Source of the DNA: Candidatus Sysuiplasma jiujiangense | GTDB lineage: Archaea; Thermoplasmatota; Thermoplasmata; Sysuiplasmatales; Sysuiplasmataceae | Direction of reading: 5' to 3' | DNA: 39,216 bases | NCBI GenBank assembly: GCA_019721075.1 | Contig: JAHEAD010000006.1 | Coordinates: forward strand, 62,001-101,216 | Shown: one piece after another, positions 17,182 through 26,553 of the stretch | Position numbering within the stretch: the stretch's first letter is position 1 | Layout: every line of letters begins with the position of its first letter | Position numbers and translations under genes: made by a program | Notes under the pieces: model-generated | The model's database searches: none | The model's input: the letters and a program-made list of their open reading frames with translations, nothing else | Told to the model about the DNA's origin: nothing

Positions 17182-18075
17182 ATGGACAGAGACACAACAG
17201 CAGAAATGAACAGTGTGCCAGAGGACGGGACCGATCCGGCGGGCAGTGCGCAGGTGCAGAATGCTGCCGGCGAGTCGTGCGACGGAGCGGAAGCGGTGAA
17301 GACGGGGGATACGCGGATAAGACCGGACTTCACCGTCCGCGAGGAGGCGCAGGTGCTGAAGAGGGTTGTCAAAACGCTCTTCAGCATTGCGGACGAGGCG
17401 ATGGTGTGCTTCGACGGGGAAGGCAGGATAGTGATACCCTGCATCGACCCGGCGCATGTGGCGATGATCGAATGCACGTTCACGCCGGACAGCCTCAGCC
17501 TTAACGGCTGGGAGGCTGCGGAAGGGAAGCGCCTCACCGAACCCGCATACGCCATCGACCTGGAACGCCTCGACGGCTTCCTCTCGCTGCTCGGCGTGAA
17601 GGACGGCGTTGCGTTCGGATACGACAGCGGAAGGGGTAAGTTCGTCGTCAGCTCGGGCAACCTTGAAAAGACGTTCGAGCCGGCGGACGCTTCTGACATG
17701 TCCGCTCCCAGGATGCCGCATATCGAGCTGCCCTCGTCCGTTTCAATAGCGGGCGACAGGCTCTACAGGGCAGTCAGGGCGATGGAGAAGATATCGGACC
17801 ATGTCAGGCTGAGGATCACGCCCGAAGAGTTCACCGTCATGGCGGGGAACGACACGGAGGTGCAGAAGGCGACATTCACCTCCCCGGACGTGGACATACG
17901 CTGGAACGGCGAGGCGGACAGCCTCATCCCGGCGGACTACCTGAGCCACACATTTGCGACATTCGGCAGGGATCCTGTTACCGTCGAAGTGGGTAAGAAC
18001 TATCCGTTGAGGACCACGCTGAATATAGGTTACTACGGCATGCTGTTCATGGTCGCGCCGAGGGTCGAGGGCTGA
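17182..18075 (+). CDS. pcn: DNA sliding clamp (PCNA) with acidic N-terminal extension
   Basis: IDPAHVAMI, IDLERL, ISDHV, DYLS, KNYPL, MVAPRVE; GGTGA-TACA-ATG. Confidence 0.9.
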   Translation: MDRDTTAEMNSVPEDGTDPAGSAQVQNAAGESCDGAEAVKTGDTRIRPDFTVREEAQVLKRVVKTLFSIADEAMVCFDGEGRIVIPCIDPAHVAMIECTFTPDSLSLNGWEAAEGKRLTEPAYAIDLERLDGFLSLLGVKDGVAFGYDSGRGKFVVSSGNLEKTFEPADASDMSAPRMPHIELPSSVSIAGDRLYRAVRAMEKISDHVRLRITPEEFTVMAGNDTEVQKATFTSPDVDIRWNGEADSLIPADYLSHTFATFGRDPVTVEVGKNYPLRTTLNIGYYGMLFMVAPRVEG

Positions 18076-18113
18076 ACGCGTTGAGGGCTACGGCCCTTTT
18101 TTTTGGTGATACA

Positions 18114-18479
18114 ATGTCTGTAACATACCAACTGCAGGTTGAGGTTGAGACCATGCGGTCCGAAACCGTGCTGAAGGCGCTGCGCAGTCTCGATCCGGAC
18201 TGCCTGCCGCAATATGTCCTCGACATCAGGGACATGGACCCGGAAAAGGACATAGAAGTGACCTGCGAGACGGAAGACACAAAATTCGTCGGCTATGACG
18301 GGCACATGAACATGCCATACGGCGCCGACACAGAGGCAATCAGCGAACGCATCGTGAAGGCGGCGCTGAAGGCCGACCCCGAAGCGCATGTGCAGGTCCG
18401 CTGGTGGAACCTCGACGTGCATGAACCCTCCGACACCTTCGACGACGAGGACTTCGCCGGGGGAGATGAGGAGCAATAA
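18114..18479 (+). CDS. Acidic hypothetical protein (121 aa)
   Basis: GGTGA-TACA-ATG; D/E-rich. Confidence 0.75.
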   Translation: MSVTYQLQVEVETMRSETVLKALRSLDPDCLPQYVLDIRDMDPEKDIEVTCETEDTKFVGYDGHMNMPYGADTEAISERIVKAALKADPEAHVQVRWWNLDVHEPSDTFDDEDFAGGDEEQ

Positions 18480-18506
18480 ACCTCTTCCCTTTTTTTGGGT
18501 GATACA

Positions 18507-18902
18507 ATATCAGAACAACACGATGTTGGAATAGACAACAGGCTCTTTGTGAAACGGATTGCCGCCGGCGACGACAGCGGGGACACGATATACGAATACG
18601 AGCCGCTCGAATCTGACGAGGCGGAACTGCTCAAAAGCTCCATGCCGATCATCTTCGAGTACTACGTATGGGGGATCAAGGCACTCGGTGCGCTGCCCCA
18701 TCCCACGGATTTCGTCGAGGTGCAGACCGGCGCATGGAAATTCGGCTTCGACAGGGATCCCTCGTATAATTTCCACCTCTGGATGGTCTCCTGTCTCAAC
18801 AACGAAATATGGGACGACTACGTGCTCATTTCTGCGGATGAGTACAGGGAACTGAAAGACGGCGGTGAGATACGGGAATACGCATTCCGGCACAGGAAGT
18901 AA
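18507..18902 (+). CDS. Hypothetical protein, probable ATA start
   Basis: GGTGA-TACA-ATA in the same context as neighbouring ATG starts. Confidence 0.7.
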   Translation: MSEQHDVGIDNRLFVKRIAAGDDSGDTIYEYEPLESDEAELLKSSMPIIFEYYVWGIKALGALPHPTDFVEVQTGAWKFGFDRDPSYNFHLWMVSCLNNEIWDDYVLISADEYRELKDGGEIREYAFRHRK

Positions 18903-18929
18903 ACCTCTTCCATCTTTTTGGGTGATACA

Positions 18930-19277
18930 ATGCCTGTAGAATTCGACGAAGAAACGGGGGAGTATGTCTTCCTTGGGGACAATCTCGTGAGGCGCGATTA
19001 CAGATACAGGGGAGACGTGTGCGAATGGGAATACGAAGAACCGCTGGACGTGGACATAAAGTGCATCAACGGGACGGTTGAGCCGATGTTCCGCGAACTG
19101 GCCGGCATAGCGACGAGGTTCCTTGAGGAACACCAGGAAATACGGTCGGTCGAGCTGTGGCCGAAATCGACTCCCGCATTCGGCGCGATGTTTACAACTG
19201 TCCTGGGCAAAGGCGTGAGCCTGACCTGCATAAGGACGCAGGACAGCGATCTGGACCTGCTCGACAAGAAAGCGTAA
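18930..19277 (+). CDS. Acidic hypothetical protein (115 aa)
   Basis: GGTGA-TACA-ATG. Confidence 0.75.
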   Translation: MPVEFDEETGEYVFLGDNLVRRDYRYRGDVCEWEYEEPLDVDIKCINGTVEPMFRELAGIATRFLEEHQEIRSVELWPKSTPAFGAMFTTVLGKGVSLTCIRTQDSDLDLLDKKA

Positions 19278-19322
19278 TCCACACCACAGCAGCCCCAAAC
19301 CTCTTCCTTTTTGGGTGATGCA

Positions 19323-19520
19323 ACGGACACGACGAATTACATCAAAGCAATGAAGGATCTCTCAGAATGGCGCAGGTTCATGCGGAGCTACACCCGTGCA
19401 TATGTGAGGGATCCATCACCGGCCAACTTCGAGCATTATGCGTCGGCGGCGGACAACTGCTTTGCGCTGATGACGAAGGCGCTGAGGGCGGGCGTCGAGA
19501 GGAACGGTTCGCTGAAATGA
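19323..19520 (+). CDS. Hypothetical protein, probable ACG start
   Basis: GGTGA-TGCA-ACG; alternative in-frame ATG at 19350. Confidence 0.6.
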   Translation, partial: TDTTNYIKAMKDLSEWRRFMRSYTRAYVRDPSPANFEHYASAADNCFALMTKALRAGVERNGSLK

Positions 19521-19556
19521 CGGTGGCCGCACCGCCATCCTCTTTTTTTGGTGCAT

Positions 19557-19718
19557 ATGAGCAAACTGAAGGCGTTATATGAAAGCATGGACGACGACGA
19601 GCGCATAGGCCTCTGCTTCGGCCTCTTCCCCGCAAGGCTGGAAGAACTGCGCCTGACGGACGAAGAGATCGCTGCGCTCATCTGCCTTTCGCTGACGGAA
19701 CACGGCATGGGTGCATGA
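19557..19718 (+). CDS. Hypothetical protein (53 aa)
   Basis: GGTGC-AT-ATG; MSKLKALYESMDDDERIGLCFGLFPARLEEL... Confidence 0.7.
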   Translation: MSKLKALYESMDDDERIGLCFGLFPARLEELRLTDEEIAALICLSLTEHGMGA

Positions 19719-19737
19719 CCCTCTCTTTTTGGTGAAC

Positions 19738-19869
19738 ATGCAGAAATGGAAATGCATGGAGTGCGGGAATGAATTCGAGTGCGCGAACGAGGAAGAGGCG
19801 GACGAGCTTCAAAAGCTGCACATGCAGCTCACAGGGCATTCGGGTGTCTTCTGGGTCAGGGTGAAGTGA
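19738..19869 (+). CDS. Small C2H2 zinc-finger protein (43 aa)
   Basis: MQKWKCMECGNEF...LHMQLTGH; GGTGA-AC-ATG. Confidence 0.75.
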   Translation: MQKWKCMECGNEFECANEEEADELQKLHMQLTGHSGVFWVRVK

Positions 19870-19892
19870 TTCACCCATTTTTTGGTGGTACA

Positions 19893-20951
19893 TTGAACGA
19901 AATCGGAAAGGAAAGCGGAAAGAACGGAAGTGAACATGATGGGCAGGGAGAGACGGAGAACGCACGGAAGACGGTGAACGCGCTGCAGTCATCGCTGACG
20001 GCCGCAGCGCAGGATGTTCTGCGCTACATGTACGCGCACAGGCGCTCGATACCCGTCATTTCAGAGGCGATCGCATGGGAGCGGAGGCACGGTGCGCCGT
20101 TCAGGTGGTACGACGTCAGGGCGACGACAGCAGAGCTCAACAGGCTGGTCATAGACGGCATACTCGCAAAGGAAGGGAACAGGGGATACCGCCTCAGGGA
20201 TCATGGCGCCGCAGTCAGCGCGAGGGACTGCTACAACCTGGACATGATAGAATCGGCGCTTGCGAGGATCGGCAATGGGAACGGCTGTTCAGTCCTTCCG
20301 CCCGGTGCGGACGAAGGCATGTTCGACGGCATCACAGGCTATGCAGGCGCCAAAAGGCAGATATTCATGGCTCTGGGCGCACGGCCGGCGGTCCATGTGC
20401 TGCTGACGGGCCCGCCATCGACGGCAAAGTCGCTCTTCCTCGAAGGACTGGTGAAGCTGCCCGGTGCAAAACTGACATTCGGCGACGCCGTCAGCAAGGC
20501 AGGGCTGCGCAGGTTCGTGATGGACGAGCATCCGCAGTACCTCATCATAGACGAGATAGACAAGATGTCGCCGGAGGACGACACCATACTCCTCGAGCTG
20601 ATGGAGCATCAGACCGTGAGCGTCATGCACTTCGGCATCCGCCGCTCTGAGGACATATCGCTGACGGTCTTCGGCGCAGCGAACGACACGCGCAGGATGA
20701 GGAGGGAGCTGCTCAGCAGGTTCCTGAAGATAGAACTCAGGGAATACAGCGCAGAGGAGTTCAGGAAGGTGGCGTTCCTGCACCTGACGCGCATGATGGG
20801 CGTGGACGGCGAGCTGGCGGAGGCGATTGCCGCGGGCGTCTCGGCGAAGAGCAGGGACATAAGGGACGCGGTGCGCATCGCCAGCATGAGCAGGAGCATC
20901 GACGACGTGAAATTCCTCGTTGCCGCGCTGGGGACGGCTTCGGCTGTCTGA
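19893..20951 (+). CDS. AAA+ ATPase with MCM-like core and N-terminal wHTH
   Basis: GPPSTAKS, IIDEIDKM, ELMEHQTVSV, GAAN, LLSRF; GGTGG-TACA-TTG. Confidence 0.8.
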   Translation: MNEIGKESGKNGSEHDGQGETENARKTVNALQSSLTAAAQDVLRYMYAHRRSIPVISEAIAWERRHGAPFRWYDVRATTAELNRLVIDGILAKEGNRGYRLRDHGAAVSARDCYNLDMIESALARIGNGNGCSVLPPGADEGMFDGITGYAGAKRQIFMALGARPAVHVLLTGPPSTAKSLFLEGLVKLPGAKLTFGDAVSKAGLRRFVMDEHPQYLIIDEIDKMSPEDDTILLELMEHQTVSVMHFGIRRSEDISLTVFGAANDTRRMRRELLSRFLKIELREYSAEEFRKVAFLHLTRMMGVDGELAEAIAAGVSAKSRDIRDAVRIASMSRSIDDVKFLVAALGTASAV

Positions 20952-20999
20952 GGCTAGTCTCCCTAAGTATATGCCCGGACCGGGGAAAGAGACACAGAG

Positions 21000-21767
21000 T
21001 CAGGTCCACACTGTCATCACTGTGAGGATCAAGTGGCAGGTAACACTGCTGTCAAGACCATTGAGCGATGCGGTTATCTCCATGACGCTGTAGGTTGTAC
21101 GGCTGATTGCAGCGGGCCAGAGTTGGATGACAAATGGAAAGGTGAATGAGTAATTCTTGCGGGAGGTTTGGTTTGTCAAACCACCCGTGATTGAATACCA
21201 GTTCGGGCCACCATTTATTACTTTACTGCTGAGATAATTAGTTCCATTGATCGGTGTAACGTTGACGTACGTTGTTGGCGTTAGAAAAGGATATGAATAT
21301 ATTATATCCTGTGCGGCGTAGATGGGGTCGGTCGAAGAGTTCGTTGCATTTCTGCTGTAGTTGATTCGCAGAGTTACTGAAGTTGGCCGTACGTTCTGCA
21401 ATATTGATCCATTGACATACCCCCAGATAGTATACCACATGAAACTGTTTGTGTAATCGCCAGTGCTCGATCCCCAGTTTGTGGCTCCGAACGAACTGGT
21501 CAATATTAATGCGGAATTCAAAGTGTGACCGGCGATGGAAAAATGAGATACAACAACCGGCAGAGGTGCTTTAGCACCGCTAATGCCCTCCGCACTGCTA
21601 TTGTTCTGATACCACCTGAATATTGCATTCTCTGTCTCGTTATGGACTGTTAACTTTTCCGGATGTGATGACTGCGGGAATACGGTGAAATTGATAGTGA
21701 TCAGAACTACAGCAATCGCTGTAATTGTCGATGCGAGTTTCAGTCTATTGCCCGCGGTTCTGTTCAT
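21000..21767 (-). CDS. Secreted or membrane-anchored beta-rich protein, paralogue of 22947-23663
   Basis: N-terminal hydrophobic helix; C-terminal MEITASLNGLDSSV versus FQIVVTLQGLSRPV. Confidence 0.8.
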   Translation of the reverse strand: MNRTAGNRLKLASTITAIAVVLITINFTVFPQSSHPEKLTVHNETENAIFRWYQNNSSAEGISGAKAPLPVVVSHFSIAGHTLNSALILTSSFGATNWGSSTGDYTNSFMWYTIWGYVNGSILQNVRPTSVTLRINYSRNATNSSTDPIYAAQDIIYSYPFLTPTTYVNVTPINGTNYLSSKVINGGPNWYSITGGLTNQTSRKNYSFTFPFVIQLWPAAISRTTYSVMEITASLNGLDSSVTCHLILTVMTVWT

Positions 21768-21888
21768 GGTGACACACCTTCTGATCGTTCTGCGAATACC
21801 TTATATTTTGCGGTCCCGGGGTCAATGGGAAGGTGTCGGGCCCTGATTGTCATGTTTTTCATATTTTCTATTGAGCCTCCCAGGTCTC

Positions 21889-22206
21889 CTATGTCGTCTT
21901 CATCATGTCAAGCAGTATGCCGTTTGCGATGTATGTTCCCCTCAGTATCTGGCCAGTCTGGGAGAAAGGCGCATTGTCCGGTTCATACACTGTCCAGTTG
22001 CCTATGCGTATGACTACGCTGTATACGGGTATCCATGTGCCGTTCAGCGGATCGAATATCTTCATGGTGCTGTTGAGCTGACCGAGATACACCCACTGCT
22101 CTGTTCCGTTCTGCAACTGCACATAGACTGGCTGCGTTGTTATGCCGGATATATTCACTATGCCGTCTAAAAAGCTGAAATACTGGACTGTAGACAACGA
22201 CACCAC
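21889..22206 (-). pseudogene. C-terminal fragment of a Hint-domain surface protein
   Basis: QPVYVQLQNGTE...KIFDPLNGTWI...YIANGILL, clearly paralogous to the C-terminus of 23801-25642; lacks the N-terminal Cys block. Confidence 0.75.
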
Positions 22207-22315
22207 CGTAAACGCGGCGGCCGTCCGGGGTATAGAGTGGGTGGTGAGCCAGAATTCGCAAACCGGGCAGAGAAAACGGTAGGACGTCGAATGTGCAATG
22301 CCATGATGGCAGGGT

Positions 22316-22765
22316 TTACGCGAACTTTATGCCTTCGGGCGCCTCAAGAAAGTAACCCTTCTGGTTGATTCCCTGAAACACATGCGGCACTTCCGCCGCC
22401 ATCGCCATGGGCGCAGCGGCCGAAGGGGCTGTCCCCTCTATCGGCATCCGTCCTGACTGGCGTATGCGCAGGCGGTTCGCGATTGCGCCGGTCAAATTCG
22501 TTAATATGCCGGCATTCTGGAAGCCTTCAAAAGTCCTCGCGGCGCTGTCGAACATCTTCTGGCGCTGCAGTTCCGCATCGAAGCGCGCACTGGCCGCCTC
22601 GGCTTCGTTCTTCATTGCTTCCTGCATTGCATCATATTCAATCTGTGCGATATACTGCCAATCGCCACGGCTGATGTTTATGTTGGTCGGTTCGATCTGG
22701 CCCGATGCCGCCGCTCTTTGAAGATATCCCGTATGAAACACTTCTCCCCACTCGATCCTTATCAT
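22316..22765 (-). CDS. Hypothetical protein (149 aa)
   Basis: ATG-initiated ORF with backbone-like codon usage. Confidence 0.6.
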   Translation of the reverse strand: MIRIEWGEVFHTGYLQRAAASGQIEPTNINISRGDWQYIAQIEYDAMQEAMKNEAEAASARFDAELQRQKMFDSAARTFEGFQNAGILTNLTGAIANRLRIRQSGRMPIEGTAPSAAAPMAMAAEVPHVFQGINQKGYFLEAPEGIKFA

Positions 22766-22781
22766 TGCCTAAAAGCTTTTG

Positions 22782-22848
22782 CGTTTGCCCGGCTTTGCTC
22801 CTAAATTTTCCGATTTTCGATATTTTAGGAGCAGAATGGCTTTTGGAG
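22782..22848. repeat. TTTAGGAGCA/TGCTCCTAAA repeat cluster, left part
   Basis: Inverted copies near 22794 and 22824; CGTTTGCCCGGCTTYGCTCCT and GGAGCAGAATGG shared with 25729-25845. Confidence 0.7.
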
Positions 22849-22946
22849 TCAGAGACACCGAAGTCAAAACAATATTATACACCTCAACTCATTCTGCTTC
22901 ATTAGGCTTAATGGTAATATATCAAGGGATCTGACTGTTGATTCCA

Positions 22947-23663
22947 ATGAAAAGGCGGCAAACAGTATATGGTTTCGTGGCTGTAGCAGTAGTCCTGTCA
23001 TTTGTTTCTGTTGCCGCATATGGAAGCATGTATCCGCCCATAACGGTTAAAGTCAGTTCTTCTAAGTCTTTGAATGTACATATCTTGAATTCAAGCGTGG
23101 CTACTTCCACTGTCGGCACACCACCATCATACGCTAACACAACAACCTACGTTAACGAGAGCGGCTATTACGCCTCATACCTGAACGTCACCTTTTGGGT
23201 CGGTGGATACTACGATGCTGGCATTAATGCCTTCCTGATAGGAGTTGTGCTGTGGATACAGGGGCACTTCGCATCGAATCTCCATCTCAGCGGTCTCACG
23301 ATATCCCTGAATGACTACGGCAACCCTACCAATAGCATGATACAGCTCATTCCGCTTGGCGCGTACTCATACTGGATGAATCGCACATTCAATGCATCCT
23401 TTCCGGTTCCTGGAAACCAGATTGCCGGAACGGGGAGTGCATCGTCCCACGCCACACTTAGGAACCAGTACTCCATATTTTCACTCGACGGTCAGGCAAA
23501 GAACAGTTTCTACAACTTCGGCACCTCGTACAGTGCGAATATAGCTGCATTCGTTCCGCTATCCCCGCCCTTCTCCCATGTCTTCCAGATCGTGGTGACG
23601 CTGCAGGGACTGAGCAGGCCTGTGAGCGCCAACGCGTTTGTTGTCTTTGAATATGGGGGATGA
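22947..23663 (+). CDS. Secreted or membrane-anchored beta-rich protein
   Basis: MKRRQTVYGFVAVAVVLSFV signal/TM segment; many N-glycosylation sequons. Confidence 0.8.
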   Translation: MKRRQTVYGFVAVAVVLSFVSVAAYGSMYPPITVKVSSSKSLNVHILNSSVATSTVGTPPSYANTTTYVNESGYYASYLNVTFWVGGYYDAGINAFLIGVVLWIQGHFASNLHLSGLTISLNDYGNPTNSMIQLIPLGAYSYWMNRTFNASFPVPGNQIAGTGSASSHATLRNQYSIFSLDGQAKNSFYNFGTSYSANIAAFVPLSPPFSHVFQIVVTLQGLSRPVSANAFVVFEYGG

Positions 23664-23670
23664 GTGCGCT

Positions 23671-25642
23671 ATGGAAAAAGGAGATAAATGCAGGGTTTGG
23701 CCGATTCGCACCGAGCGTGTTTCAAATGCAGTGAGTGCTGGAAAGAGGATTGTGAGCATCGTCCTCATAGTATTGCTCATCGCAGCAGGAGCATCAATAA
23801 TTGCAACAGGAAGAGCAAATGCAAGTCCCGCATCATCCCGTCCAGCGATCGGCGAACTCCATGTTGGGTGGATTGGTTATGAGGGTAACTTCGAAGTGTA
23901 TATGTCTACAGCAATCAATTCAACCTCATCTAACCCAATCCAGATCCGTGGGGTATATGCCGAATTACACATCCAACATGAGCGAAGGAGCGAATAGCGC
24001 AGACTCTGGCATCAAGAACGCAATTACACTTTCTCCAGGTGATTTGAAAGTGACATACTACTACGATCCGAATTATGGTCATTTTATAGTTGACCTCCCC
24101 GTGACGGTGGACGCTGGTATAGGAGCAAAGACAAGTGTCTGGGCCGAAATAATGACGGCAGCGCCGGAGATAAGTCTCATCATCGGGAATGCAACGACAA
24201 ACGAGGTAACAACCTACCTTATAACAAACAATAACACAGGGGCAAATATTTCATCCAACAAACTAGATCAGGGGGTACTCAATCAGACACTGTTCAGAAT
24301 AGCGCTCGATATACTCGGTTATCTGCCTATTGTCGGATATGTGGAGAACACTGTTTCACTTGCAGCCGACCTGGAAGGAGTTGGCATGAGTTCGGCCTCC
24401 GCCAGTATACTGAGCGGAAATGCAACAATGTATGAGCAAGACGCCACGGGAGGGGGCAATTACAGTTTCAACTCCAATGGGCAGGCCGTGGCATGGCAAA
24501 ACATCTATTCCACTGGAGCGGAATTCATGATAGAAATTTCTGCTCCTTATGATTCTTCTCACACTTTCGAAGTCAAGGCATACGATTCCACATATACACC
24601 CGGCGGCGGAAACTGGCAGGGTCTTGCGCGTTATTTCAATTTCTCCGCCCTGCCTGCAAACGAATTGTATGGAACAGCCTACACGTCCACCGGTGTTCCT
24701 GCTGCGAACGCAAATATTTACATTGAGACAACAACCGGGATTGCATACGAGGAACAGACGAACCAGTATGGGCAGTACAGATTCTTCGGTGTTCCCGGTG
24801 CATCATACTGGGTCTGGGGAAACTACGTAACGCCGTTCGGCAGTGCAAACAGCACCTACTATGAGGTAACTGCAAATGGAAACGGGGATGTTGGAGGCTA
24901 CACACTGGCACTGGACCTTACGATTCCTGCAACATACATCAAAGGATACGTATACGGCAGCAACGGCAGGCTGTCAGGTGCCAGCGTTACTGCGACGATT
25001 TCAGGCAAGTCGGATTCTGCCACCACAAACAGCAACGGATACTACCAGATACTCACTAACTTTGCGGGCACGTATGACATGAGCGCAAGCCATTATGACT
25101 ATTACACCGGAACAGGCAGCGTGACGGTGTCGCTGAGCAGCGATGCGTGGTGGAACAAGACTCTTGAATATCACGCTACCCCTCCACCAGGCTGCGTTCT
25201 GTTTGGTACGAGCATAACACTGTTCAACGGCAAGACGATACCCGTGCAGGATTTGACAATAGGAAAACAGATACTGTCGTATGATTTCAGCAATGAGTCT
25301 CTGATTCAAGGCATTGTCAACGGCATAACCGTGTCTAATGTCTCCCATGTCTGGGAGATTGATGGCATAATAGGCATCTCCGGGGTCAAGGACCAGCCAT
25401 TGTACGTTCAACTGCAAAACGGAACAGAGGAGCTGTTGCCCCTTGGAGAACTCAACAATACAATGGAAATTTTCGATCCGCTTAACAGCACATGGATACA
25501 AGTCTACAACATTACGGTTCTCAACGGGAATTTCACTGTGTATGATATCTCGGCATCGCCACCATCAGTTTTCCACAACGATACTGGCGTTCAAGGAGAT
25601 TACATAGCAAATGGCATTCTGGTGCCTGATAAGTTCCCTTGA
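23671..25642 (+). pseudogene. Surface protein with carboxypeptidase-regulatory-like beta repeats and a C-terminal Hint domain; frameshift near 23945
   Basis: Signal peptide in frame 23638, body in frame 23801; TNQYGQYRF and TTNSNGYYQI repeats; Hint begins at GC (Cys codon 25193) and ends YIANGILV. Confidence 0.75.
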
Positions 25643-25728
25643 ACGGGTCTGTGTGTCTTCAGCTTGGACAAGCACTTTGACGAACCGATTCAAGCACCTT
25701 TGCATCTGTAATACCAAAAATAGAGGAA

Positions 25729-25845
25729 TTTGGGAGCAGAATGGATTCTAGGAGCAAAGCCCGTTTGCCCGGCTTCGCTCCTGAAATCAGAAATCTGATC
25801 CTGAATTCTGCCACTCTGGCATTTTAGGAGCAAAGCCCGTCTGCC
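25729..25845. repeat. AGGAGCAAAGCCCGT repeat cluster, right part
   Basis: TAGGAGCAAAGCCCGTYTGCC occurs twice, with an inverted GCTCCT copy; matches 22782-22848. Confidence 0.7.
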
Positions 25846-25900
25846 TTCAGCATCGTGTCAAGAGTGATATAGCGGCCGTCCCTTCACATGCCGAGGCAAG

Positions 25901-26323
25901 TCATTGCGTCCGGCGGCGCCTCGAGACGAATATCCGCCGGGCGTCTTTCCTCTTTGCCCTGACCTTCATCCTCCTCGGCCAGTCTGCGGCGTCGAGCATC
26001 CTGAAACGCTCATCGGACGGCATGCTGCCGGCCAGCACCCTGCGGACGTACTTCGTGTATGCCCTCGCGATATAGTTTATCTCCGGCCTGAACTCATGCG
26101 GTGCGCCGTTCTGCCGCACAGCCGTGAACTGCTTCTTTGCCTGGGGGACGGGCTGCTCATCGGTCCACTGCGCCTTTCTACCCGACTTCCTCGTCGGCAT
26201 CGCCCTGACACAGCCGCACACCGCGCATGCCGTCCTGCTGCCGGCCGCATCAGAATAGTGGAACCAGTCGCCGTACAGGTCGGTGATGGCGTGAGAACAG
26301 AACCTGCAGATTGAGCGCTGCAT
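25901..26323 (-). CDS. Hypothetical basic protein with putative Zn-binding motif
   Basis: CRFCSH...H...CAVCGC; start uncertain. Confidence 0.55.
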   Translation of the reverse strand: MQRSICRFCSHAITDLYGDWFHYSDAAGSRTACAVCGCVRAMPTRKSGRKAQWTDEQPVPQAKKQFTAVRQNGAPHEFRPEINYIARAYTKYVRRVLAGSMPSDERFRMLDAADWPRRMKVRAKRKDARRIFVSRRRRTQ

Positions 26324-26553
26324 GGACGTGTCATCCGTTAAAGGATATTTAGCGGTGACCGGGGGAAGGGCAATGTCCTTCCTGCGAAGCAAGTCTTATC
26401 ATATCGTCTTACCATTGCGGCGGCGATGACGGCTGAACGGATTATTCATGGGCGCATAAAGAATCCGCCGTCCATTGGCAACGGGGCGAATGGAATGAGA
26501 AATGCAGAAGGGGCGTTAAGAAGTACAATAGCGGAACAGTGAAAGGAGATACA

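Larger units (their letters stand above)
12378..19895 (+). promoter_or_regulatory. 15 copies of an intergenic motif: (hairpin or AAACCTCTTCC) - T-tract - GGTG(A/C/G) SD - start codon
   Basis: SD at 12403, 12798, 13000, 13145, 13388, 14259, 14605, 17173, 18105, 18498, 18921, 19314, 19550, 19731, 19884. Confidence 0.85.

Noticed and set aside
12378..20951. Classical integron with attC sites
   Set aside because: Junctions are too short, lack RYYYAAC/GTTRRRY boxes, and no integrase is present in the window.
25193..25642. Self-splicing intein
   Set aside because: No terminal His-Asn followed by Cys/Ser/Thr and no real C-extein; treated as a non-splicing Hint domain.
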